DNA from: an uncultured Trueperaceae bacterium
GTDB taxonomy: Bacteria; Deinococcota; Deinococci; Deinococcales; Trueperaceae
DNA: 64,000 nt
Assembly: GCA_963799485.1 (NCBI GenBank)
Contig: CAWCXJ010000004.1
Span: 128,001-192,000 of the forward strand
Direction: 5' to 3'
Shown: positions 1 to 9,917 of the stretch, in pieces
How positions within the stretch are numbered: the first letter of the stretch is position 1
Layout: every line of letters begins with the position of its first letter
The notes under the pieces: generated by a model
Databases searched by the model: none
What the model was told of the DNA's origin: nothing
The model's input: the letters and a program-made list of their open reading frames with translations, nothing else
Translations under genes and position numbers: made by a program

Positions 1-477
1 TTCTGCAAAGCAAGAAATCCCACCGCTTAGCATAGGAATTCCTTAGTTTAACCTCATTTTCAGGTCGGCGTTCCAGCGCCTAGTTCATAACCCGGAAACC
101 GGGAAAACAGGCGGCTGAGTAGCCACTTATACCAACTTGACTCGCGGCTACTGTTAAGCCGAGGGTGTCTGTGCGCCCGCCCGTAACTGCGTAAACACGC
201 GCGGTTGGTTGTCATAACTTGACAACCAAACTTCACGCGGCAAAACGTTCGTTGTAGCCGCCCGGTCAAGCTGTCCCTACCAAGGGAGGTGCCGCACTGT
301 GCCTGAGCCGCCCGTAAAGTTTTTCGTCTGCTCTCGAAACGCCCGGCACCTCGTCGGCGGGCCGCTCAAGTCCGCCCCAGACCTAACCAAGCCCCGATGA
401 GACGCGGTTTTCATCGGTACCCCGTATGATTTGAGGGTGAACGCGCTTTTTTTCGCCGCTACCGGCTGGAGGTTCCC

Positions 478-2781
478 TTGTTTGCTGCTCTAGCCACGCT
501 GGTTCGCCGCTATCCCCGTTACCTTTTGGCGCTGTGGACCGTTCTCCCACTGCTCGCGTTGCCCTTTGCCGGACGCGTCGGTGAGGTGCTTACGGCGCAG
601 GCCGGGGTTGTACCGGGGAGTAGCGGTGCGCGCGTCGGCGAGCTTTTAAGCGCGGAGTTCGGTGGTCAAGACCAGAGCCTGCTGGTGCTGATCACCCGTT
701 CCGCGGCCTCCAAAGTCGGAACCCCCGGCTTCGACGGCGACTACGCGAAGCTCGCTGCCGCACTGCAGGCGCTGCCCGGCGTAAGCAGCGTGCAGGACTA
801 CCGCAATCCGGCAGGTTTGAACCTGATCGGCCCCGACCGGAGTTACGCCGTCTCGCTGCTAACCCTTGCTCAGTCGGTCGACGAACGGCGTACACTCGGG
901 GCGATCGACGGGGTGCTTGGGGCCGCAACCATGTTTACCTACAACCTGTCGGGGGGGGCAGCGGTCAAACGCGAACTCGAGACCGTTAGTGAAAGGGACG
1001 CGCGGCGCGCCGAGCTGTTCGGCCTGCCGCTCAGCCTGATCGTTCTGACAGTCGCCTTCGGCGCACTTGTCGCTGCCGGCTTGCCGCTCCTGGTCGCGGC
1101 GGTGTCGGTCACGCTCTCCTACGCCCTGCTCTTTCTGATCGGGCAGTGGTTTCCCTTTTCGGTCTTTACCCAAACGATTGTGACAATGTTGGGGCTGGCG
1201 ACCGGCATCGACTACGCCCTGCTGATGGTCAACCGCTTCCGCGAAGAACTCGAGCATTCGGTAACGGCCAGAGACGCAGCGGCGGCGACCGTACTGACTG
1301 CGGGCAAGGCCGTGGCGTTTAGCGGTTTTACGGTGATGATTGCGCTGAGCGCCCTTCTGGTACCGCCACTCGACTTTATCCGCTCGATCGGGCTGGGCGC
1401 TATGGTCGTGTTGCTCGTCGGCGTGCTTGTTGCCGTAACCGCGCTGCCGGCGCTGCTCGCGCTGCTCGGCACCCGCGTCAACGCGGGCAAGCTGACGCGG
1501 CGCATTCCCGGACAGCGGAGCCGCGCCTTTTGGAGCCGGCGGGCGCGGCTGGTGCAGCGCCATCCGCTGCGCTGGGCGCTGGGCGGCACACTGCTCCTGA
1601 TTCTACTCGGCTTGCCGGCCTTGCGGATTGTTTTAGCCGATCCCGGCAGCGAAGGGTTGAGCCCGGCGACGGACGCGCGGCAGGTACAGGGGGCGCTCGA
1701 GGAGACCGGGCTCGCCGGCGTGCTCGATTCTTTTACGGCGGTGCTCGACTTCGGCGAAGGTGGATTTTTTAACCCGACAGCGGTGCGCGCAACCTCGCAA
1801 TTTTCACGGCAAGCTGCGAACATCGCGGAGATAGCCCAGGTTTTCTCGCCGACCACAGCCGGCGGTTTACCGTCTCTGCTCGTTTCCGGCTACTACGCCA
1901 CCCGCGAAACGGCGCTGGCGAGTCCTTTGGCCGAGCTTGTCGCGGAGACCGTAAGCCAAAACGGGCGCTACGTCCTGATCAGGCTTTTCCCCCAAGGCGA
2001 TCTTCCCCTCGCCGCCGTGCGCGGCGTCGAAGAGAGCCTGACCGCACTCGCAGGTGACCTCGGCGTAGCCGTTACGGTCGGCGGCAACCTCGTCCGTGAG
2101 CGCGAATGGACGAGGGCGCTTTACCAGAGCTTTCCGCTGGCTGTTGCGCTCGTCTACTGCGCCACGCTGATCTTGCTCGGCCTCGCCTTTCGTTCGCTGC
2201 TGATCCCGATCAAATCGATTGTGCTAAATACCCTGACGGTCGGGGCGGCTTTTGGGATCATCACGCTGATCTTTCAGTACGGTGTCGGCGTGTCGCTCTT
2301 CGGACTTCCCGAGGCGCTCGGGTACGTTGACAGCAGCACCCCGATTTTTGTCTTTGCCATCGTGTTTGGCCTGAGTATGGATTACGAGATTTTTCTGGTC
2401 GCGCGGGTTTACGAAGCGCACCTCCGGGGATACTCGGATAAAGAGGCGGTCGCCGAGGCGCTCGGCGCAACCGGCGGCGTCATCAGCAGTGCCGGACTGA
2501 TCATGATCGTGGTTTTTTCGGCCTTTATCGCCAGTCAGATCGTCTTGATCAAAACCCTGGCACTAGGTCTCGCTATCGCTATTTTTCTCGATATCACGCT
2601 CGTTCGGCTTGCGCTGGTACCTGCGGTCATGTCGCTTGCCGGAGCCTGGAACTGGTGGTTGCCGCGCCCGCTCCGGCGTTTAAGCGAGCGGCTCGATATG
2701 CACCACGGCGAGGTTCACGCCAATAGTGTTGGCCCCGGTGACGTTCATCGTGGCCAGGGGCGCGGCTCGACTGAACGATAG
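478..2781 (+). CDS. MMPL (MmpL/RND-like) family membrane transporter
   Basis: 767 aa with two repeats of an extracytoplasmic loop plus TM bundle; motifs GLATGIDYALLMVNRFREE and FGLSMDYEIFLVARVYE; GGAGG before the TTG start. Confidence 0.9.
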   Translation: MFAALATLVRRYPRYLLALWTVLPLLALPFAGRVGEVLTAQAGVVPGSSGARVGELLSAEFGGQDQSLLVLITRSAASKVGTPGFDGDYAKLAAALQALPGVSSVQDYRNPAGLNLIGPDRSYAVSLLTLAQSVDERRTLGAIDGVLGAATMFTYNLSGGAAVKRELETVSERDARRAELFGLPLSLIVLTVAFGALVAAGLPLLVAAVSVTLSYALLFLIGQWFPFSVFTQTIVTMLGLATGIDYALLMVNRFREELEHSVTARDAAAATVLTAGKAVAFSGFTVMIALSALLVPPLDFIRSIGLGAMVVLLVGVLVAVTALPALLALLGTRVNAGKLTRRIPGQRSRAFWSRRARLVQRHPLRWALGGTLLLILLGLPALRIVLADPGSEGLSPATDARQVQGALEETGLAGVLDSFTAVLDFGEGGFFNPTAVRATSQFSRQAANIAEIAQVFSPTTAGGLPSLLVSGYYATRETALASPLAELVAETVSQNGRYVLIRLFPQGDLPLAAVRGVEESLTALAGDLGVAVTVGGNLVREREWTRALYQSFPLAVALVYCATLILLGLAFRSLLIPIKSIVLNTLTVGAAFGIITLIFQYGVGVSLFGLPEALGYVDSSTPIFVFAIVFGLSMDYEIFLVARVYEAHLRGYSDKEAVAEALGATGGVISSAGLIMIVVFSAFIASQIVLIKTLALGLAIAIFLDITLVRLALVPAVMSLAGAWNWWLPRPLRRLSERLDMHHGEVHANSVGPGDVHRGQGRGSTER

Positions 2782-2844
2782 GGGAAACTGCGTCTCGAGC
2801 CAGCCGACACCGGCGTAGACACGCGTCTGCTACACTGCTTTGTT

Positions 2845-4248
2845 ATGCCGCTCGCCGCCCTACCCCCACAAGACACGCTCTACCCCGCCGCTATCTCACA
2901 GGTTCACCCCGGTTCACCGGCAGCCTGTGCGGGTGTGCAGATGGGTTGGGAGCTGCTCCGGGTCAACGGCGCGGCAGTCACGGATGTTTTGGCGTACCGG
3001 CGCGAGTTGGAGCGCGGCGACGTTACGCTACTCGTGCGCGACCCCCTGACGGGCGAAGAAGTAAGTTTCAGCGCCTCGTGGGAAGACCCGGGTCTCGAGT
3101 TCTCCGAAGTCATCTTCGACGGCCTCAAGCTCTGCGCCAACAAGTGCGAGTTTTGCTACGTCCACCAGATGCCCAAAGGCTTTCGCAAGAGCTTATATGT
3201 GATGGACGACGATTTTCGCACCAGCTTCCTTTACGGCTCGTTCGTGACGCTGACCAACCTCTCGGAACGCGACATCAACCGTATCCTGGACGAAAACCTG
3301 AGCCCGCTTTACGTCTCGGTGCATACCGCGAACGAAGACCTGCGCCGCGACATGATGAAGTGGTGGAAGCTCAAAGTCAAAGACCCGCAGGCGACCCGCA
3401 TTCGGGGGATGTTGGAGCGCCTCGAGCCCATCGACCTCTACACGCAGATGGTCTTGCTGCCGGGGCGTAACGACGGGGTACACCTCGAGGAAACTCTGGA
3501 GCATCTGGCGAGTTACGCTAACATTCAAGCGGTCGCCTGCGTCCCGGTCGGCTTGACCGACCACCGCCGCAACCTGCCCGCGCTGCGCCCCTACCGCCCC
3601 GACGAGGCGCGGGACGTTTTACGGCGGGTTCACGCGTTTCAAAAACGGATGTTAGGTGAGCGCGGCACCCGCTTTATCTTTCCGTCGGACGAGTTTTATC
3701 TGTTAGCCGACGAACCTTTGCCGGAGCAGAGCGCCTATGAGGGCTTTCCGATGTTGGAAAACGGTATCGGCATGATTCAGGACTTTTTAGGCGACCCGTT
3801 GCCGCTGTTGCCGACGCGTCTTGAAACGCCGCGTAAAGTCATCTTGGGAACCGGCCAACTTTTTGCCCCGGTTTTAGAACGCGCCGTCGCCCCGTTACGG
3901 GAGATTGACGGACTCGACCTCGAGGTTCGCCCTCTCAAAAACCGCACCTTTGGTGAGGTCACGACCGTTGCCGGACTCCTTGCCGGACGCGACTTTTTGA
4001 CGCAGATTACGCCGGGTGAGGCCGATTTGCTGCTCGTCTCGCCGAACGTCCTGAAATACGGCACCGAAACTATGTTGGACGAACGTACTTTGGACGACTT
4101 ACGGCGGGGGTTAGGGATGCAAGTCGAGGTCGGCGGTACCAACCTCGCTGAACTCGCCCAGGCGATTCTGACCGGCGTCGGTGAGGCGCACATGCCGCAG
4201 TTTGGCTTTTCTACCCACGCGATTAAAGAGGCGCAGCGCCAGCATTAG
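2845..4248 (+). CDS. PDZ + radical-SAM-like Fe-S protein (DUF512 family)
   Basis: N-terminal PDZ-like segment (VHPGSPAACAGV), CxxxCxxC motif CANKCEFC, DDDFRTSFLYGSFVTLTN and LENGIG; TACACT box 8 nt before ATG. Confidence 0.85.
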   Translation: MPLAALPPQDTLYPAAISQVHPGSPAACAGVQMGWELLRVNGAAVTDVLAYRRELERGDVTLLVRDPLTGEEVSFSASWEDPGLEFSEVIFDGLKLCANKCEFCYVHQMPKGFRKSLYVMDDDFRTSFLYGSFVTLTNLSERDINRILDENLSPLYVSVHTANEDLRRDMMKWWKLKVKDPQATRIRGMLERLEPIDLYTQMVLLPGRNDGVHLEETLEHLASYANIQAVACVPVGLTDHRRNLPALRPYRPDEARDVLRRVHAFQKRMLGERGTRFIFPSDEFYLLADEPLPEQSAYEGFPMLENGIGMIQDFLGDPLPLLPTRLETPRKVILGTGQLFAPVLERAVAPLREIDGLDLEVRPLKNRTFGEVTTVAGLLAGRDFLTQITPGEADLLLVSPNVLKYGTETMLDERTLDDLRRGLGMQVEVGGTNLAELAQAILTGVGEAHMPQFGFSTHAIKEAQRQH

Positions 4249-4534
4249 GCTTGGCGACAAGCCACCCAGAAACCTTTCAAGTACTCTATAGAATGGCTTC
4301 AACGAACTGGAGGTTTGCTGTGGCATGTCCTATCTGTGCTTGGTCAAATGATGACGAAGATTACCCGTTTTTGTTTGAGACATCCTTGTGGCGAGTTGTT
4401 CTGGCACCAAATCAAGCTCTGCTTGGTCGCTGTGTTGTTCACCTTAAAAGGCACGAAGGCGATGTGGCGAATCAAACAGAAGCCGAGGTTAAGCAGTGGC
4501 GGTAATGGCCCACCGAAGAATGCTACGTTAAGGG

Positions 4535-4843
4535 ATGGTCACAAAGGTCATAAGTTGCTACCACTGCGGGAGTGAAAAGCTCAAGAAGAACGGTTTTGCG
4601 CCTAACGGCAAACAGAAGTACTGGTGTAAAGCTTGCGGCAAAGCGAGCCGCGATAGGCCAGCTGCTAAAGGTTACCGCGAAGCGCGCAAGGAAGAGATTC
4701 TAAGGGCTTATCAGGAGCGTTCAAGCTTGCGAGGTCTGAGTCGCACGTTTGGCGTGTCTAGAACTACAGTGACGAAGTGGCTCAAAAAAAACCAAGACAT
4801 TAGCGCCACTCAAAGACACCCTGCTTCCCCCGGAGCGCCCTGA
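4535..4843 (+). CDS. insA: IS1 transposase N-terminal part (InsA: zinc finger + HTH)
   Basis: CYHC...KNG...QKYWCKAC zinc ribbon; SLRGLSRTFGVSRTTVTKWLKK HTH; A8 run at 4784-4791. Confidence 0.9.
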   Translation: MVTKVISCYHCGSEKLKKNGFAPNGKQKYWCKACGKASRDRPAAKGYREARKEEILRAYQERSSLRGLSRTFGVSRTTVTKWLKKNQDISATQRHPASPGAP

Positions 4844-4847
4844 GCAA

Positions 4848-5267
4848 GTGATACTCGAACTCGATGAGCTTTGGTCTTTTGTAGGTTCTAAAAGCAACAA
4901 ACGCTGGGTCTGGTTCGCTCTTTGCAAACGGACACGGCAAGTTGTCGCGTGCGTTGTGGGTGGACGCGGTGAGGCAACGTGCAAACAGTTATGGCGTTCG
5001 GTACCTAAATCTTACCAGCAGGGCAGCTGCTACAGCGATTTTTGCAAAGCCTACCAACTTGTTCTCCCCAAAGAGCGCCATCAGGCCGTTGGCAAAGGCA
5101 CGGGTTTGACCAACCACCTTGAGCGTTTCAACTGTACTCTTAGGCAACGGCTTAGTCGCTTCGTTAGAAAAACCCTGTCTTTCTCCAAGTCCGATGCAAT
5201 GCACCTCATTTGCTTACACCTCTTCTTGCACCGCTACAACTTAGAGCGGGCTTCGAGCATTCGTTAA
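4848..5267 (+). CDS. insB: IS1 transposase catalytic part (InsB, DDE)
   Basis: ELDELWSFVGSK, YSDF, TNHLERFNCTLRQRLSRFVRKTLSFSK; this frame is open back to the A8 run (KKTKTLAPLKDTLLPPERPEQV). Confidence 0.9.
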   Translation: MILELDELWSFVGSKSNKRWVWFALCKRTRQVVACVVGGRGEATCKQLWRSVPKSYQQGSCYSDFCKAYQLVLPKERHQAVGKGTGLTNHLERFNCTLRQRLSRFVRKTLSFSKSDAMHLICLHLFLHRYNLERASSIR

Positions 5268-5565
5268 TGGGCCACTACCAGCAGTGGCTAGATATTGCAA
5301 AAAGGCTTGAAATTGCGTTACAGTCAACTTTCGGAGCAACTATGTTTAACTGGTCTTGCTACATGAACCACTCGTACCGTACTAAACCTTACGAGCCGCA
5401 TATTCATTGGTGGGCCGTCGCACGTTATGAGCATCCGGTATCTTTTGAGGGTCAACCCTTTACCGACCCAACGTTCGGAGAACCTTACCAACATGAGCGG
5501 TACATTACTGTGACAGACAGCCTCCGAAAAAAAATCGTAGCCAGTCTACAAACCGCTTTACCTAG

Positions 5566-5868
5566 CTAGCTATCCGCAACAGCTAAGGTCTTTTCTTCAA
5601 CCTCTTTGGTCAGACTTTCAGCAAACCGCTCCGCGTAGCGCGGATGCAGCTGCGTATAGATTCGCTGTTCGGTACCCGGCAGCTCGACAAGCACATTGCA
5701 CGCTTGTTTGCACAAGTCGAAGCAGTCGTGCCGTAAAACGGCGGCGTCTACGCCTTTACGCATAAAGGTTTTTTCCAACCCTGCAGCGAGTTCGGCGGCC
5801 CCTCGTTTGCTACAGCTCTTGGCGCGGCAGACATGCACAGTGACGTGGTTTACGGCTTCTTTCATCAC
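5566..5868 (-). CDS. Thioredoxin-like [2Fe-2S] ferredoxin
   Basis: VHVCRAKSCSKRGA ... CFDLCKQACNV cysteine spacing typical of this family. Confidence 0.75.
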   Translation of the reverse strand: MMKEAVNHVTVHVCRAKSCSKRGAAELAAGLEKTFMRKGVDAAVLRHDCFDLCKQACNVLVELPGTEQRIYTQLHPRYAERFAESLTKEVEEKTLAVADS

Positions 5869-6243
5869 CTTTTACGCTATCACGCGCTTTTATCCGGCCT
5901 CGTTGTGTTTGACAGAGATAACGGTGTTAAGTAGAGTATAGCCGTTATATCAGGTGCCAAACCGACCCGCGCCGTCCGTCTGCGTAAAAAGAGCAGCGCC
6001 CGTCGCCTGCAGCAGACTGGTCTTGGTCTGTAACTTTGGACAGTCGAAGTATAACCTAAGCCGCCAGGGGAACGAAAGCTCCAGGTGGTTTGCGAATGCC
6101 GTCGTGATAAAACAGGCTGGCGGCGCTCGAGCGTCCAACCTCTGTACCCCTTTTCGGCGATATAGTTCACAGGTTTACGGCAATACCGCTGAAGTGAAAG
6201 CCGCGTAACATTGCTAAAATTTGCACGGTGTAGTATTTGCACT

Positions 6244-6690
6244 ATGCAATTAGTTCCTAAAACCCCGGCAACCCGCTTTATGTACGGTTTCTGGAACTTA
6301 CGGCAACTCTTCGTCGCGCAGGTTTCGCCTAAACTACGTGAGCAGATAGATTTAGAGATTCCGGAGGTCTTTTTACTGGAATACATCGGCAAGAGCAGCC
6401 TCAGCCCGTCGGAGATTGCGGTGCAGATGCGGTTGCCGCCACACGCCATCAGCCGGCGGCTGGATACGCTCGAGAAACGCCGCCTGATTACGCGCCGTGT
6501 CGGGGAAGGCGACGCGCGGCGGCGGGTGCTGGGCCTGACGGCAAAGGGCAAGGCGGTTTCAGAAGAAGCCTCGGCGCTTTTGGAGAGCTACATAAGCGAG
6601 ATTTTGGGTGTACTCGAGCCCGGTACACTCGACGCGCTTTTGGGGGCGCTCGAGCAGTTGACCCAAAGCCAGTCTGAACCTGCCACCTAA
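6244..6690 (+). CDS. MarR-family transcriptional regulator
   Basis: Winged HTH (AISRRLDTLEKRRLITRRVGEGDARRRVLGLTAKG); directly upstream of a DHA2 exporter; ATG 6244 preferred. Confidence 0.85.
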   Translation: MQLVPKTPATRFMYGFWNLRQLFVAQVSPKLREQIDLEIPEVFLLEYIGKSSLSPSEIAVQMRLPPHAISRRLDTLEKRRLITRRVGEGDARRRVLGLTAKGKAVSEEASALLESYISEILGVLEPGTLDALLGALEQLTQSQSEPAT

Positions 6691-6709
6691 ACATCTATAA
6701 GGAGAACTT

Positions 6710-8515
6710 GTGGAACTATCGAACCGCGACAAAATGTTGACGCTGACCGGCCTGATGCTGGCCCTATTTTTAGGCGCACTCGACCAGACGATCGTCTCGA
6801 CCGCGCTACCCCGTATTGTCGAAGACTTAAACGGCCTAGACCGCTACGCGTGGGTCGCCACTGCCTACTTGCTCGCCTCGACGGTGCTGGTACCGATTTA
6901 CGGCAAGCTCGCCGATATGTATTCACGTAAAGCCATCGAACTCTGGGCCGTCGGGACGTTTTTGTTCGGGTCGTTTTTGTGCGGGCTCGCCGGAGAATTC
7001 GGTACGTTGCCGCTCTTGGGCGACGGCATGAACCAGCTCATCATCTTTCGGGCGGTTCAGGGGCTCGGCGGGGCCGGCCTTTTTGCGATGGCGTTTATTA
7101 TCATCGCCGACCTTTTTCCCCCGGCGGTGCGCGGCAAATATCAGGGTTTTGTCGGCGCGGTGTTCGGCGTCGCCAGTGTGCTGGGACCGGTGATCGGCGG
7201 GTTTTTGACCGACTACGGCGGCAGTATCATCCCCGGCATCGCCGGTTGGCGCTGGGTTTTTTACGTTAATGTTCCCTTCGGCGCGCTCGCACTGTGGTTT
7301 ATCATCACCCGGATGCCGCCGCTTCAGCCCCAAGGCGAAAAGGGGCGGCTCGACCTTAGCTCCGCCGCGCTCCTGATCGCCGGGTTGGTACCGCTGATTT
7401 TAGGTTTGCAACTCGATAAAACCGCCTACCCGTGGCTTTCTACAACAACGCTGGCCCTTCTCGGCGGTTCGGCGCTGGCGCTCGTTCTCTTTGTTGTCCG
7501 CTCGCTCCGTTCACCCAACCCAATCCTGGACATAAGGCTCTTTAACAACCGCGTCTTCAGCACCTCGAACCTGGCGCTCTTTTTTATCGGCGGCGCTTTT
7601 TTGAGCATCCTGATCTTTTTGCCGCTCTTTATGGTCAACGTCGTCGGGGTTTCGGCGACGCAGGCCGGTACCAGTCTGATTCCGCTCTCGCTCGGTTTGG
7701 TCGTCGGGTCGGTTGTTGCCGGACAACTCGTCTCGCGTATCGGGCACTACAAGTATTTCATGCTGGGCGGCGGCGCGCTGCTTTTTGTCGGCGCGTGGCT
7801 GCTGGCGACGATGAGCGCCGACACGACCTACCTGCGCGTTACGTTCTATATGGTCATCTGCGGGCTCGGGCTGGGGCCGTCGTTCCCGCTCTACACCTTG
7901 GCCATTCAAAACGCGGTGGATATCCGCAAACTCGGTCAGGCAACCTCGGCGAGTCAGTTCTTTCGGCAGATTGGCGGTACGGTCGGGGCCGCGCTGATGG
8001 GAACGGTGCTGGCGACCGGGCTTACGGCGGCGTTTAGTAGTGTCAACACGCCCGGAACCGCCGGGGGCGCACCGACTGCCGGCGTCAGCAGCGAACCCTC
8101 GAGCGGGGGCCTTTCAGAAATCGGCAGTACGGTACGAGCCGGGTTCGACGAGCAGTACACGCTTATCGAACGGGTGGTGCGGCAGGGCGACCCACAGGCG
8201 CTCGCGCAGTTGGAGGCCAACCCACAGATTCCGGCTGAATTCAGAACCCGGTTGGAGGGTGTAGCCGCGCTCGCCAACGCCCCCAAAGTCGCGCAAGACC
8301 GGGTACTCGGCGAAATCCGCACCCAGCTCGACATGCAGGCCGACGAAACCGTCACGCAGGTAACGCGCACCGTCAAGGTTGCTTTCGCCGACGCGATTAC
8401 GAATATCTACTTTTACGCCACGATTTTGGTCGCGCTCGGCTGGTTGACGACGCTCTTCGTACCCGAGGTCAAACTCCGTACGAGCAACGCGCCCGCAGCG
8501 CAAGCCGCGCACTAA
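6710..8515 (+). CDS. MFS drug:H+ antiporter, DHA2 (EmrB/QacA) family
   Basis: LGALDQTIVSTALP, GKLADMYSRK and WRWVFYVNVP motifs; 14-TM pattern; AGGAG RBS. Confidence 0.9.
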   Translation: MELSNRDKMLTLTGLMLALFLGALDQTIVSTALPRIVEDLNGLDRYAWVATAYLLASTVLVPIYGKLADMYSRKAIELWAVGTFLFGSFLCGLAGEFGTLPLLGDGMNQLIIFRAVQGLGGAGLFAMAFIIIADLFPPAVRGKYQGFVGAVFGVASVLGPVIGGFLTDYGGSIIPGIAGWRWVFYVNVPFGALALWFIITRMPPLQPQGEKGRLDLSSAALLIAGLVPLILGLQLDKTAYPWLSTTTLALLGGSALALVLFVVRSLRSPNPILDIRLFNNRVFSTSNLALFFIGGAFLSILIFLPLFMVNVVGVSATQAGTSLIPLSLGLVVGSVVAGQLVSRIGHYKYFMLGGGALLFVGAWLLATMSADTTYLRVTFYMVICGLGLGPSFPLYTLAIQNAVDIRKLGQATSASQFFRQIGGTVGAALMGTVLATGLTAAFSSVNTPGTAGGAPTAGVSSEPSSGGLSEIGSTVRAGFDEQYTLIERVVRQGDPQALAQLEANPQIPAEFRTRLEGVAALANAPKVAQDRVLGEIRTQLDMQADETVTQVTRTVKVAFADAITNIYFYATILVALGWLTTLFVPEVKLRTSNAPAAQAAH

Positions 8516-8617
8516 AACAGTAGCGAGCGCAGTGGGCAACCAAAAGCTTCTCGCTCATTGCCAGAACTCACTGCCCGGTACTTACTGCTCATTGCTGCGC
8601 TTGATACACTCTCCCTT

Positions 8618-9777
8618 ATGAGCCTGCTCGAGACCCACGCTGCTCCCAAGGCCGCACCCCCCCGGATGCTTATCGTCTCCGCTTCGATCGGCGGCGGGCA
8701 CGTCGCGGCGGCGCGGGCGCTCGGCGAGGCGGCGAGAGAAAGGGGCTCGAGCCCGAACACATCGACCTGCTTTCGTACACTGCGCCGGGGTTCCGCAGGC
8801 TTTACCGCCAGACGTACTTCGACCTGGTACGCACCGCCCCGGATTTCGTCGATTGGCTCGGCAAACGCCTGGACCGCCGCCCGCAAGAAGAGCGTACCCG
8901 GCAAGAGCGGGTGATGGCGCGGCTGACGCAGCTCTTGTCGCGCAATCTGGTCTGGCAAGTGCGGCACCGTGCCCCGGAACTCATCGTCCACACGCATTTT
9001 TTACCCCCGGCGGTCGTCCGCGCCGAACGCTACGACATCCCCGAAACGGTAGTTGTGACCGACTACGCGGCGCATAACCTCTGGCTCCAACCGGGGATAA
9101 AACGCTACTTCGTCGCTACCGGCGAGGTCGCCGCGCACCTGCGCGCGGTTGGTATCGGCGACGACCGGGTACGCGTCGCGGGAATTCCTATCAGCCCGAA
9201 CTTCAAGGCGCTGCCGTCCAAAGCTGCGGCGCGGGCCGCGCTCGAGCTGGCCCCGGAACGCGACGTGCTGCTGCTGATCGCTTCGGGCCTCGAGCCCGCC
9301 ACCCTCAAGAATCTGCTCGGCTATCTGCGCGAGCTGAAGTGGCCGCTCAGCGTCATCATCGTCTGTGGTCGTTCGGACGCGCTTGTCGCCGTTGCCGAAC
9401 GTGCGCTCGCGGGCTATACAGGTTTGCTGAGTTTTACGGTGCGCGGCTTTGTCAACAATGTGCCGCAGTACATGAGCGCCGCCGACCTGCTCGTCGGCAA
9501 ACCGGGCGGGCTGACGACCTCCGAGGCGCTCGCGGCGGGGTTGCCTTTTGCGGTGGTGAGCCCTTACCCGTTACAAGAAGAGGCCAACGCCAACTTTTTA
9601 CTCGAGCACGGCGTGGGATTCAGGCTCGAGCCGCTGACTGTGACCCCGTACAAACTCCGCGCTTTTTTCGCCGACGACGCCAAGCGCGCTCATATGCACC
9701 AAGCTGCCCTCGCGCTCGCGCAACCGCGTGCTGCCGAACATATTATCGGGTCGCTTTTGGCTGAACCGCTACGCTGA
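8618..9777 (+). pseudogene. MGDG-synthase/UgtP-like glycosyltransferase (GT28) with one frameshift (real or assembly error)
   Basis: SASIGGGHVAAARAL in one frame; IVHTHFLP, VVTDY and KPGGLTTSEALAAGLP in the 8911 frame. Adding one G to GGGG at 8742-8745 joins them (ERG-LEPEHIDLL). Confidence 0.8.
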
Positions 9778-9917
9778 GAAAAGCGAAGAAGGCAGAACAG
9801 TTCAGCATTCTCAGTCCTGTTCTCTCCCTTCTCTTTGTTCTCTATTCAGTTGACCATTCCGTCACCTCGGCTTCCGCTACCAGCCCCAGAGCGACCAACT
9901 CGGTATGCTGAGCACTC

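Larger units (their letters stand above)
4501..5279 (+). mobile_element. IS1-family insertion sequence, 779 bp, full length
   Basis: Terminal inverted repeats GGTAATGGCCCA (4501-4512) and TGGGCCACTACC (5268-5279), 11/12 match; flanked by direct repeat AGCAGTGGC at 4492-4500 and 5280-5288; insA- and insB-like ORFs inside. Confidence 0.95.
4320..5569 (+). pseudogene. HIT-family hydrolase gene interrupted by IS1
   Basis: GGAGG then GTG at 4320: MACPIC...LGRCVVHLKRH...KQW, continuing after the IS as LDIAKRLE...PHIHWW. Removing the IS and one TSD copy restores the frame (AAG CAG TGG CTA GAT). Confidence 0.88.

Noticed and set aside
171..330. GTGCGCCCG at 171 resembles a group II intron 5' end
   Set aside because: No domain V/VI consensus and no reverse transcriptase ORF nearby
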